Notes under the pieces: generated by a model
What the model was told of the DNA's origin: nothing
Database searches by the model: none
What the model saw: the letters and a program-made list of their open reading frames with translations, nothing else
NCBI GenBank assembly: GCA_001643675.2
Contig: LSRY02000014.1
Location: forward strand, 1,426,001-1,490,000
DNA length: 64,000 nt
Source: Monocercomonoides exilis PA203
Taxonomy: Eukaryota > Protista > Preaxostyla
Direction: 5' to 3'
Position numbers and translations under genes: made by a program
Shown: piece by piece, positions 25,407-38,000 of the stretch
How the letters are laid out: every line of letters begins with the position of its first letter
How positions within the stretch are numbered: position 1 is the stretch's first letter

Positions 25407-27338
25407 ATGATTGGAAGCTTCCTACTTTTGTTGGTAGCATCAACATTTTCTTATGATCCCCGTGCAACATCTGCACAAGATTGTGGATTTAAATTGGATT
25501 ATTTCCTTTCAAGAGCTCAGCGAAGAGAACGTATGCTCGATCAATGTGCAGGAAAATGCATGGTTTACAAACTTTATAAATTCATTACCATCATAATTAT
25601 TAAAACCTTTGAATTTTATTCGAAAAAAAGGACTCTCTTGAAGTTTGCCTTGACGATTGCCAGAATGCTTATGAAGCTTGCAAGGCTCAACAGTGTTCCG
25701 GAAGAATTCCAAATGAAGATTGCCACGCTCGCTGCGGATCTGATATGAGAGTTTGCAGACGTGCATGCAGATCTGCTTATTCAGCTTGCGAGGAATCATG
25801 CGTTGTTGATTATGATGGACAGTGCTTCACTGATTGTGATTTCTATAAGCAAAATCGTCTTGACGACTGCGAATTTGGATTCGAGGAATGTCAATGGAAA
25901 TGTCTTGTTGGAGACCAAGATTGTGAACGTAAATGCAAGATTGCTCGCAGAATGTGCGAAAGTGAAGGAAGAGACTGTGCTGATCAGTGCAAATCAATTT
26001 GCTTGAACTCCATTAACACTTGCCAGGATAACTGTCTCTCAGATATGGAAGATGGCTTTGATCTTTGCGAATACGATTTCGAAGACTGCACTTCACGTTG
26101 CGCACCTGGCGATGTCAACTGTGAATCTCTTTGCAAAGTCGAACGTAGAAACTGCAAACAAGACGGAAGACAAAAGTTTAATGATTGCGATATGAATTGC
26201 AACTATGCACAGGAACAGGGCTGCACAGCAGGCTGCGAATCAGTCAAACAAACTTGCCTCAGCGATGCTTCAGAGGCACTTGACATTTGCAGATACAAAT
26301 GCATTCCACAGCCCGGAATGTATCAGAATCCTGATGAGGATCTGTGCCTGAGAGAATGCAACAGATTGTGGAGAGCTGCAAACGCTGACTGCAGAGACGG
26401 AATGGACACATGCATTGCACAGAACTGCCAGCGTACGTACGGGACATGCAGAGAAGATTGCCTGGACTTTACTGAAGATTGCTTCTCGGCTGTTGAGATG
26501 GATGTTGAAGGCTGCTTGGAGAGATGCAGAGGAGCATCCGACTGCGAGGCAGCCTGCAAGAGAGATTACAGAATTGCCAAAGAGAACTGCAGAGATGCAT
26601 TCAACAAGTGCGATCTGAACTGCGACCAGGACTCGACCGATGTTTGCTACTCAGACTGCGAAAAAGTGAAGCAGAAGTGCTTGATGGATTGTGACGCAGA
26701 GCTGGATTCTTGCAATGCACTGCAACAACAAGGCCAAATGCAGGATGAGAATTGCCTGAGGAACAGAAGAGTCTGCGAGGCTTCTTGCAGAGACAAACAC
26801 GATTACTGCAACTCCATTTGTGATGGATCATTTGAGGCTGATCTTCAAGATTGCAAGGTTTGTTCTCAATCTAATTTTTGATGAATTATTTGAATTCTTT
26901 AACTTAACAATTCAATTTTTTCAGAATGAGCTTCAACGTAACTTTGACAAGTGCCAGTTCACTTTTGAAGAGTGTGAGGCTAAATGTGCTGGAAAGACCC
27001 AGTGCATCTCTGAATGCATGAAAGGCCGCAGAGATTGCCACGGGTTGGCTGTCCGTGCTCATCAAGACTGCGAGACAACCATCCAACAGCATTGGACAGG
27101 CAAATGCTACGAGAACTGCGAGAAGGCAAAACAATCATGCTTGGATGCCAGCGACGCCTGGTTTGAGTGGTGTATTAACGATAAGTGCGGTGGTGTTGAG
27201 GCGTGCGAGCGCTTCTGCAAGCAGAGAAAGAGAACGAACGAGATGACTTGCTTTGAGGAGAATGAGATCTGCGCCAACGATTGCGCCTTCCAAGATCTTG
27301 GGAAAGTCACCAAGGATGCAGACGGAAAAAAGAAGTAA
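25407..27338 (+). CDS. Secreted cysteine-repeat protein, about 598 aa, 3 exons (25407-25562, 25631-26857, 26925-27338)
   Basis: Signal peptide MIGSFLLLLVASTFS. Two phase-0 GT-AG introns join the ORF-track fragments. The protein has a regular C-x3-C-x6-C pattern throughout and no TM helix. Confidence 0.85.
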
Positions 27339-27689
27339 ACATCCAACTAAGTTATTCAATTTAAAGCCAATAAATGCATATTTCTTGCTCTTCTGATTTT
27401 TATTTCGTTTTTGTTATGGTACTTGATGTCCATTTCACCGCACAGAAAATGTCAAACAAATTCTATTGAACAAACAAAAAAAAATACAATGTTTCTTTCA
27501 GATAGTCACTAACAATCTATTCATCAAAAAGAATAAGCGTGTTTGAAAGAAAGACATGAAAAATAGTCATTTTTTACTGATGCAAAACAGAAAAAGAAAA
27601 TATGACATGATAACCAGAGAGATAGCGGTTTGACATCTCTTTGATAGATGCAAAGGCACAAAAGACATTTAACTCTCAAAAATAGGAAA

Positions 27690-28836
27690 TTAACAGCCAC
27701 AGCCTCCTCCTGATTCTTGTGGGGGTGCCTTTAAGTCCAGCACTTCTTCCTGTGGCTCCTGTTCAACTTCGCTTACAGTTCTGTAATTAAAATAATGACA
27801 AAGATCAAATATGAAAATTAATTGGAAAGATAGATATGAATATACGAAAGAAGCAATTTACCAAACCGTTTCATGATTTCTTGGGCCATACTAATGAAAA
27901 TGAGTTCGAACAGTTTGTTTTAACGTTCATAGAAATTAAGTTTTTTTATTTATATCTTAAATCATTCAAATGAAAAATTTGCTTCATACGTTTGGAAAGC
28001 TGCATCAACATTTGCTGCACTTTTAGCAGATGTTTCCAAGAAAGGAACACCAATTGAATCGGCGAGTTGCTGAAAAGAAACGTTACGTAAAATACATAAT
28101 TTATAACTAACAAAAGATAATCAATACTTTTCCAGTTGCATAGTCAATTGCACGTTTTGTGACAAGATCGGATTTGTTTCCAACAAGTAATCTGCAAACA
28201 CCTTCTGATGCATAGTTGTCAATTTCTTTGCACCACATTTGCACATCATTGAATGAGTCTCTGTTTGTAATATCATACACAATAATAATTCCGTTTGCAC
28301 CACGATAATATGAGCTTGTAATAGTACGGAATCGATCCTGCCCAGCGGTATCCCACTATCAAGAACAAAGTCACAAGGAATTATAATGCACATAATGTTT
28401 TACTGACAATATAAAACGAAACATACGATCTGGAGTTTAATGATCTTTCCTCCAAGTTGGATGGTTCTTATTTTCTAAAAAATACAAATGATTATATTTC
28501 AATAAATAAAAGTTAAGAAAAGAACTTGAAATAAAAGCATACGAAATCAACACCAATGGTTGCAATGTATGTTCCTGTATAAGTATCGTCCTATAATATT
28601 ATATGATGATTATAACATCAAATTTTCGCTAAATTGAACATGATATAATAATTATCAATTCAGACCGCAAAACGCAGAAGCAGGCATGATTTCCCAACAC
28701 CGCTGTCTCCAATCAAAAGAAGCTTAAACAGAAAATCCTGTAAAGCATATAAAGACGCGTATTTACAAAAAAAACAAGTTTGCAACTATATATATGGAAG
28801 ATGAAATGAGAATTAGCAGACAAATTCTTGATTCAT
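27690..28836 (-). CDS. RAB1: Rab1/Ypt1 small GTPase, 8 exons
   Basis: Spliced product [33 protein letters not shown]...[13 protein letters not shown]...[32 protein letters not shown]...LLVGNKSDL...FLETSAK...GGGCGC. The C-terminal CxC is a prenylation motif. Confidence 0.95.
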
Positions 28837-29045
28837 TATTTACAGAGGTAAGTTGATCAAAACACCTCAGTTGATTATGTAAGAAATGGGAAGTTCTGTG
28901 ATCTTTTTTGCTTTTATAAATTTTATTTTTTCATGCTTCATATGTTGAAAACAAGTTCATAAAACAGTTCATGAAATGAGAGAGAAATATTTAATAACGT
29001 ATACCTTAATTAGATAAATTGAACCCTAAAACTTGCATTTTTGCA

Positions 29046-32000
29046 ATGTTTATGGGCGTATGTGGTGTTAAAAAGGAATGGATAGTGTTACATGATGATA
29101 ACGATGATTATACAAAACCAGCTTCAACTCCTTTTGATGTATATAAAATTTTATAGAATTTTTATTATTTTTCTTTTGTTACAAATCTTATTCGTACTTT
29201 CAAAATGCCAAATATATAAAAACGAATTTATTTTTTAAGAGGATTGACGATCTCAATAGGCTGACAGATGCTATGCAATTACTTGATAATTCTACCGAAA
29301 GTCTTGTCTTGAATGGATTGCATGAAATTGCTGCATATATAAGAAAAAGTTTGAGTTTCATTTTCATAATTTGACTCATTTTTGTTATGCTTTTTAATTT
29401 TGATTTTCAGTACGTTCTGATATGGATCATATTGAAAGAATACAGGATGTTATTGATCGAGGAGTGATAATTCAGTTCGAAACTTTGCTTTTACAATCAG
29501 AATCACAAGACATTCTTGTATGCATGTTATTAGAAACTCAAACCTAACTTAAAGAATTTTTCTTTTCTCAAGTGGAACACTCTATTTTTACTTCATGAAA
29601 TTACGTATGGAACTTTGAAGCAAATTGAGTGCTTAAATAGACCAACACTTCTGAAATCAATTTTGCTTTGTTGCTTGGTTTGTTGAATCACATTTTTATT
29701 TGTTAATTTAAATTTAATCACAATTTTTTCTCACATTACACAAATCAAATTTCGAAAGGATAATTGCTTCGAAGTGCGTGATCTAGCAATAGCTCTTGCA
29801 GGGTTTGCTCTATCGAAAAATTTTCGTCTTTTCTTAACAATTTATTTTATTTAGGAAGTTGTGTGGATGCTCATCATTGATAAGAAAAGTGCTGAACCAA
29901 GGCTTATTTCCATTCATCGCAGGGATGCATGTGTTCTGTCTTCTTCATCCACAGCCAGATCCCTTTTCTGATGCAGCCACGCCTTCTCCAGAGCAGGTCA
30001 ACCGAATGATCAGAATAGTGGAGAACCAGTCGCAGTTGGAGGCGAGCCGGAGAAGCTGGACTTATCTTAATGCTCGCACAGCTGCTAATTTGTATGAGAG
30101 AAAATTTTTGCACATTGACGAAAATGAAGAGCTTGCTGGTATCAATGCAGAAGAAGAGTCTGAAGAAGAGTCAGACGAATATGAAGAAGAAATTGAATTT
30201 GAGTCGGAGCCAGAATTGGAGGAAGACGGTGATGAATTGGCTGAGAATGAGAAAGATGGGGAGAAAAAGAAGAAAAGTGGAACAAATCAGAAGAAAAAGG
30301 AAACTGAGCCAAAAAATAAAACCGAAATGATGAAAAGACAATTACCAAAGTCCGAAATCAAACCGATAAGCAGACCGTTTTCCAACACAGACAAACACAA
30401 ATCCGAATTCGAGCGCGGATCAGCAGGAGAAGAAGACGACGAGCTCATTTTGGACGAAGGGGGAGGCAGCAAAAAGGGGCAGCGTGTGCTGATGGGGTGG
30501 GTGCTGCTGATGCTGCAGTTGAGGCGGATGGATCTGCTGGACGACAGAAAGAGAGAGCTCGAACAGAGGCGGAGTGAAGCGATGAAGATGAACAGGAAAC
30601 TGCGGAGGGAGACGAGGAAAGCGCGGGAGTTGTACTCGAAGATCCACCGCTCAGTGTCACAGAAGCAGTTCAGACTAGACAGTGAGAGAGACACGATGTG
30701 CTACTCATCGAGACAGGACCTGCTGGCTTTGCTGAGTGCAGAGAGGAAGCAGCTGCAGCTGAGCCAGCAGAAGCTGATGGAGCTGAAGAAGGAGTCGAAC
30801 AAGCTGAACTTGGTGATCAGCGGGGCGACATACAAAGGGACAGGCAGACAGCAGCAGCAGAAGGCGATGCAGCAGCGGCAGAGCATGCGAAGGCAGTCGG
30901 CGTTGGAGGCAGCAGCAAAGATTCGCAACGAGGAGGAGCAGCATGCGATGCTCAGAGAACCCGTGCTGCAGACATTCAACGACGTGGCTGAATACACAAT
31001 GGCGCTGGCTGGCTGCAGCGACCTCAGCTGGCGTATCCCCTCGCACATCGACACGTTCCAGGCAGTTGCTGCCCATCTGAACACACTCAACAATCTGAAC
31101 GTGACCCTCTCACCTTCCTCTTTCTTTCCTATCAATCGCTACCAGATCTGCCCTGAAGATGTCACTAAGCCAGAGGATCTGCTTGTGATACCTCAGTCTG
31201 AACCTTATCCAACGCACGAGGCAAATTATGAGCCAATGTCTGCATTTGAAGTGGAAATGAGTCGTCATTCAGATGCTGAGCTTGGATTGGATGTTGCTTC
31301 ATCTTCATTATCACAAGTGACTAACTTTGCAAAGATGGCTGCTAATAAGAATGATCATTCAATTAAATTGAATAATGATGGAGAGAAAGGAAAAGAAGGA
31401 GAATTAAAAAGAAGAGCCAAGTCTAATTCTGGAGGTGACGCTGGAGGCAAAGGAGAATTTGATCACAAGCGCGATTTTGAGTCCGAGTTGGACAGGGCGA
31501 TTGAGAAGCAGCTTGAGTGTGAGCTTCAGAGAGAGCTGGAAAGAGAGCTGGCACGGGAACTAGAGAAAGTGGCTGACTTGAAAGCAGAAGAAAGTCTGAA
31601 GGGATGCAGCGGAGTGACTGAAATGAAAGAGCTTGGAGGCAAAATAGGAGGAAAGATGGGAATAAAGAGCAGATGGAATATCAGAGAAGAAGAAGAAGAA
31701 GAAGAAGAGGAAAGAGAGAAGGAGACTAAAGAGGAAGTGTACGAAACATCCGAAACGAGCTACAAAGATGTGGAAAGGAATGCGGTTGGAGGAGCTTTGC
31801 TTGTGTCTTCGCTGAATTCATTTAAACAGGTTGAGCAGCTGAGACACACGAATTGCTCAGCTTTCTTGTATTTTGTGATAAGCGATGCAATTGCCTCTAC
31901 AAATCAGTACATTTCGAGGAATGCGAAGAAGCTGATGGACAACATGACGTGGAAAAATGGTGTGATATGAAATATAAACTATTGAATATTGAATATTGAA

Positions 32001-35000
32001 AAAGTTATTTTTTTCAAAACATTTTTAATTAACACTTGTAAAATTTAAATGAAAATTGGATTTCTAAACACATTCATTAAACATTTCTTCTTGACTTTAT
32101 CGTATTTTTCTTTAAATCACATTCTATAAATATTTGCAGTTCCACATATGATTCCTCATGTCAGTCTTCCTTTCTCACCTGAAAAAGTGACAGATGCTTT
32201 CGATTTGCTTCGATTTATCAGCATTCTCTCGTTTGCTATTTGTATTCTAATGATATCATTTGTCTATTTCCTTTAAATTTTTTATTTAAAAAAATGTGAT
32301 GATTAACTCATTCATAAATAATTATTTTCTCCATCCTTTTCTTTTCTTTTCCTTTTCCTTTCTCATTTTACAACTTCTTCATTTCCCCAGTCGTCCAACA
32401 GCCTCTCCCGTTGCCCAGCTGCGTGTTCTGCACTTCATGATGACTGTCACCACCAAAAGTGACATTCACGTTCTTTCTCTGGTCAGCTGCGGGATGATCG
32501 ATGCTCTTCGCAGCCTTTTCCTCCGCCAGCTCTTTCTTTTAACTGTCAACACCGCAAAAAGCGCAGACACCAGCCGCTCTTATTCCCTCACCCCGTCTCA
32601 GTTCTTTGCCTCTGCCTCGTCCTCTTCACCTTTCTCTGCTCTGACTGGCTTCTCTCCCTTCCAGCTCCCCTCACAGATGAACGAGGGCTCTTCCTCAAAG
32701 ACACTGCTCGACTTGAGACTGGATGTGGTGAAGAATGCGCTGATGGTCGTGGCGAATCTGTGCAGCAAAGGCGCTGGTTATGTTTCTCTGCTGATTGGCA
32801 CGACGGCTGAGAGGGCAGAGGAAGACGAGGCAAGGAAGCTGGAGATGGCAGCAGAGGAAGGACGGAGAGAAGGAGAAGAGGCAGCTGTGAGGTTGGAAAG
32901 GAGAAAAGCAGTGATAGTGCCGAATAACAAGCTGACGCTGAAGCAAAGGATGAATGTGTTGTCTCTGTTGTGCTCTGTGATGGAGCAGCTGCGAAGGGAG
33001 TTTCAAAGAGAAGAGGCAGAAAGATACGCAGCAGACTTGGCAAAGATGAGGAAGCAGGATGAAGAGAGGCTGATGCAGGAAGGGCTGGAGATTAAGCAGC
33101 TCTATCGCATTCCCGAAGTGCTGGCGACGAGTGACAGTTCAGCCAGCGGTGTCGACTCTTCGCTTGCAAAGGGAGAAGAAGACCCGCTGGCTGCTTTGCG
33201 ATTTCCAGAGAGGGTTTTGCCTTGTTCGCGTGTTGTTCCGTCGGAGAATGCAGAAGAGAGCTTTCGGAGCTACATGAAAAGATCACCTTTTGAGAAGAAG
33301 GAGTCGAAGGACGATTTGAACGAGGAGATGTCGAAGCTGTTGAGGAAGCAGTTGGAGATAAGAATGCAAAAACAGAAGGAAAAAGAGAAAGAGAAAGAGA
33401 AAGAGAAAGATAAGCAAAAAGAGAAGGAGAAGGAGAAGGAGAAGGATATGAAGATTGATGAAGAACTAGCGAAGGAGAAAGCAATCAGCATGGAGCAGCT
33501 GGAAGAGCTGGAGGAAGAGATGATAGGCGATGAGTGTGTGCCAGCGAGTGTGCGGAATGAAGAGAGAGTGTTTGAAGTGCTGGAAGGAAGGAGAGATTTG
33601 ACGAATGACCTGATTATGCTGTGGGATGGGTGTGACATGGCAGAGAGGAACTGGATGGAGGCGGAGAAGAGGAGAAGAAGGGTCGTCGGGAGGAAGAAGA
33701 AGAACTACTATTTGGAGGAGTATTTTGATCAGGATGAAGAAGGTTTGAAAAAAAAAATGAATATATGTGTATTTTATATGAGAATTGAAGTTATTTATGC
33801 AGTTTTTTTATTAAATATGAAAACTATACGTTTTTTCTTATAAACAATATATTCATTAAAATTTTTCAAATATTTTAAATTTCAATATTTTTTATTTTTT
33901 TATTTTTTTAACATATTTACATTCTTAATACTTCCTCTCCTTTTAATTTCAGATCTTTCCAGCGATGAATCCAACCAACAAGAAAGACCAGCACATCTTG
34001 GTGCAGTGTCAAAGATGCATGTGCCAGACATCACTACCTTGAAGAAGCTGGAATTTGACAGCGACTATTCAGACAAGCATGTTCGAATAGAATCTGACTG
34101 TGACACAGACAATGCAATGGCTGATGACTTCTACAGACAGACAGAATACTCTTTGAATGTTGCTGGCGGAGAAATAGGCAATCTGCTGTGGATGAGAAAT
34201 AGAATCCCGTCTGTTGAGCCTGAAGATGGGCTGAGGTGGTTCGAAAAAGATGATTTGAGCGATGACGAAGAAGATTTCTTGCAGTCCAATGGGATTTTCT
34301 TGCCAACCACATTTTTCCAATCATCTGTGCAGACAGCTATACACGATGCACACAAATCATTTCTGACTCTTCGGGTGACTGACAAAGAGCAAGGAATATC
34401 TGCCTCTTCCTCTGCTTCTTCTTCTGCACTTCCTCCTCCTCCGCCTCCACCTTCTCTTCCTTCTCCATCATCATCAACATCGTCATCCTCTTCAGTTACC
34501 GACACTTCATCCTCTTCATCAGACCCAAGCAATCTTCCCTCTGACTCCGAATATGCGCAATATGCTTCAACCAACACAGCCAATAACTCCAATTCATCCA
34601 GCAGCAGTGGCACAAACACAGATGCACTTTCACTGACTGCTCTTTTGAATGCGACCATTTCAACCCCGCCGTCACGGCAGAAGAGAGACAAAGTGCCCAA
34701 TCTGAGTGCGATGCACACCTCGCATTTTGGCTCAGCCTCGATCGACACGGCGTTTCTGTCAGTTCTGCTGAACATTGTGGAGAAAGGGACAGACGAGCAA
34801 ATTGACTACTGTGTGCACACCTGCCGAGTGTTGGAGGCTATTTCAGCACAGCTCGAGACGCTGATTGTGGAAGAGAAGAGGATGCGGGACAGAGAGACGA
34901 AGATGACAGAGGACAGACGGGCAGAGAGGAGCAGGAAGGAAGAATGTCTGATGCACATGCGGAGGATGAAGGCGAGCGGGGTGCCAGACAATGTGATTGA

Positions 35001-38000
35001 GGCATACAGACAGAGATTCGAGCAAGTCGAGTTTTATCTGCAGAGATGCTTCCCTTCACCTTTTTCGTATCACTCATATGGCACACTCAACAACCAGCCT
35101 GCAACTTATGCTCCTGTTGACCCAGCACTGTTTAAAGACCCAGTGAAAGCAGCAAGATACTTCGATCGATATGCTCCATTTGGAAAGGGCTACTGGTTGC
35201 ACTCAGCGTTGAATGACGAGGTGATGCCAGGAGAAGACTATCTGTCAGACGAACTGCCATTCCCATCGCCATTTCTGAGCAATGAAGAGGCAAAAGATGA
35301 GAAAACATCGAATTCGGAAGGCTCAACAAAGGAGACATCAAAGTCTGCTTCAGATATGCCTGCCTCACCACAATCAGGTGCGACTGTTCCAATACACGGG
35401 GTATCTTCAACACTTCCACAGGAATTTGATCAAAGTTTACCTTTCTTAGAAGCACGACCAACACCAGCAGCAACAGCCAACTTGCATTTGTGTCTGCGCA
35501 TTTTGGATGATCTTGCTGAAAGAAGCAAAAAGGACGTTGCAGGATTTGCAGAGACGAGATACAGAGGAGAATTCCACTCATCACATGCAGCGTCGTATGT
35601 GTCACATTATCAGAATGTCACCAGAAAGAGATATCTCAACCTGCTGCTGGGGTTACACTCGAAGAAGAGGAGGTTTGCCAGAGAGGCAGAGAAAGAGGAG
35701 AAGGAGCTGGTAGACAGATTAAACAGAAGGAGGCAGAAACAGCAACAGGAGCAAAGCCAAATGATATTCGGAAAACAGAACATGCGAAAAAAAGCTGCAT
35801 TTACAGTGGATTCTATTCGAAACAAGAACTATCCAGACACTCTAACTCCTGAAGATTACATGGAAATAGCCAGATTCAATAGAATTCAGCACAAACGCTC
35901 AATTATCCTGAAAGTGATGAGGAGAGAAAGCTATCAGGCTTTTGTGCTGAATGGCATGTGTCTCTCTGTTCTGTTCCACCTCTACAGATTTGATGCACCA
36001 GATACGCTTATAAGAAAAGCCATTCCGAACTTCCAGCTTTCATTAGACACACAACTCACACAGCAGTGGTGGATGAAGAGAGGAGAGTCTTTGGACAATG
36101 TGTTTGAGGAGCAGTTTGATGAGGGAAACATGCTGGATTGGATTAGAATTGACAACGAGACAAGTAAAAGTGCAATTGCGTCGTGCAGTTTGAATGAGCA
36201 GCAGCTGCACATGGCGTCTGAAAGGAGGATGAAAGAGTTCAATTTGGAGAGAGACAAGGCACTCATCACGGCTACACGAAGGATTTTGGCAAATGAACCA
36301 GGTTTGGAACTGTCAGAAGCCTTTCTCAGGGCAAGCATCGAAATCAATGAAACTTTGGGAGGGAAGAATCTGCTTTTGTCGAAGAGAAACTTTGCATTTG
36401 ATGAGGATATCATTAAAAGAGCATTAAGATCAATACTTTGCGTGATTAATCATCCAAGTTTGTTCATTTACTGCTGATTTTTATTTTTATTATTATTATT
36501 TTAAATCAAAAATCCTTTTTGTCAATTTTATTTCCTTTTTAATTAACTTCTATCTTTTTATCACTCTTTCTCCACTTTCCATTCAATTTTTTAATTATTT
36601 GACTTTTTATGATTAATTAATCCCTTCTCTTTTTCTTCACTTATTTTGCTAAATAGTCCGCTTCAATGCCTTTTCAGGCACACGCATCTATGAATTTGCG
36701 ACATCTCTTCTTTTGTGCTCGTCCACAGCCATCCAACTGCTGGCGCTGCGAGTCATGCGACGTGCTTTTGACGGAAGAGACATCGACATCCTTCGAATGA
36801 GCATGTCCATCCCCAAAGAAGAGCCCATCCCACACAGCATCCCTCAAACTGCTGACATGAATGGCTTCTTGTCGCGCTTTGTGGCTGGTCTTGCTCCGCC
36901 GCGTGTGGAAGAAGAGAAGATCGATCCGCGTGTCAAAAGACTGATCAAACCGCGCAGTCTGTTTGACATCGACCAGGAAGCAGCCATCGGCAAGTCGTGG
37001 AGGCTGCAGACATCGGCTTATCCACGTGTGCCTTCGAAGGGACAGAAGGAGATGCTGATGTGTGAGGATGTGATGAGGATGAGGGGAGAGGAATACAAAA
37101 AGCAGCAGGCGAAGTTGGAGGCAGTGAGAGCAAACTTCACTCGCAATGCCTCTCGAATATTGGGTTCGTTTATGTCTTGCTTTTATGCATATTACATGAT
37201 GAATGAGCCAAAAGAAAAAGCACGTGAAGCTGATCAACCAGGAAACAGCATCTACAGAAGTGACTGCGACTCGATCTTTGCCAAAGAAAGGCGCTGTGCT
37301 AACAACAGCGATCCATTTGGATGCTCATCTGACAGCATGAGCTGCGACAACGTGGCATTTGATGGAAGCTTCCAGTCGTCTGATGTTGCCTCATTTTTGG
37401 AGGAGTTTCCAAATGCAGGCATTCCAATGAATTCAGACAACTTGTTCTTCAGCCCTCCTTCTGCAAATGTAAACAAGCTCATTCCATCTCCTTTCAGACC
37501 AACGAGACGCACCCTCCTCATCAAAGCACGACTTGCTCTCAAAACATTGCAGACGTTGGCGAACTTGTGTCTCGACTGCGAAGAGGCAGTGGCTGCTGTG
37601 CTGCATGAGGAAGGAGACACACTTAGTGAGAGCAAGAAAGCTAAAGAGGAATTGATAAGACAGCAGCTGATGGAAAAGGAAGATATATCAACACAAAACA
37701 AGAAAAATAAACTTAGAAAAAGAAAGAATTATACCGACTTTGACGAGAAAGTTGAATGGGTTACTCCACTTACAGGATGGGGATGGATGGGAATGAAGAA
37801 AGTGACATATTTGAAAAATGAACAACTACCTTTAAAGTCATTATCCTCATCCTCATCTTCTTCTTCATCAAAATCTTCTTCTCAGAAGAACGATAACTCT
37901 GATACATCTTCTGTGGAGCGAGGGCTGAAATGGATTTGGCCATACTCAACGTACTCCCCACCTTCCATGCACAGCCATGTTGATTCTTCATTCCTTTCTC

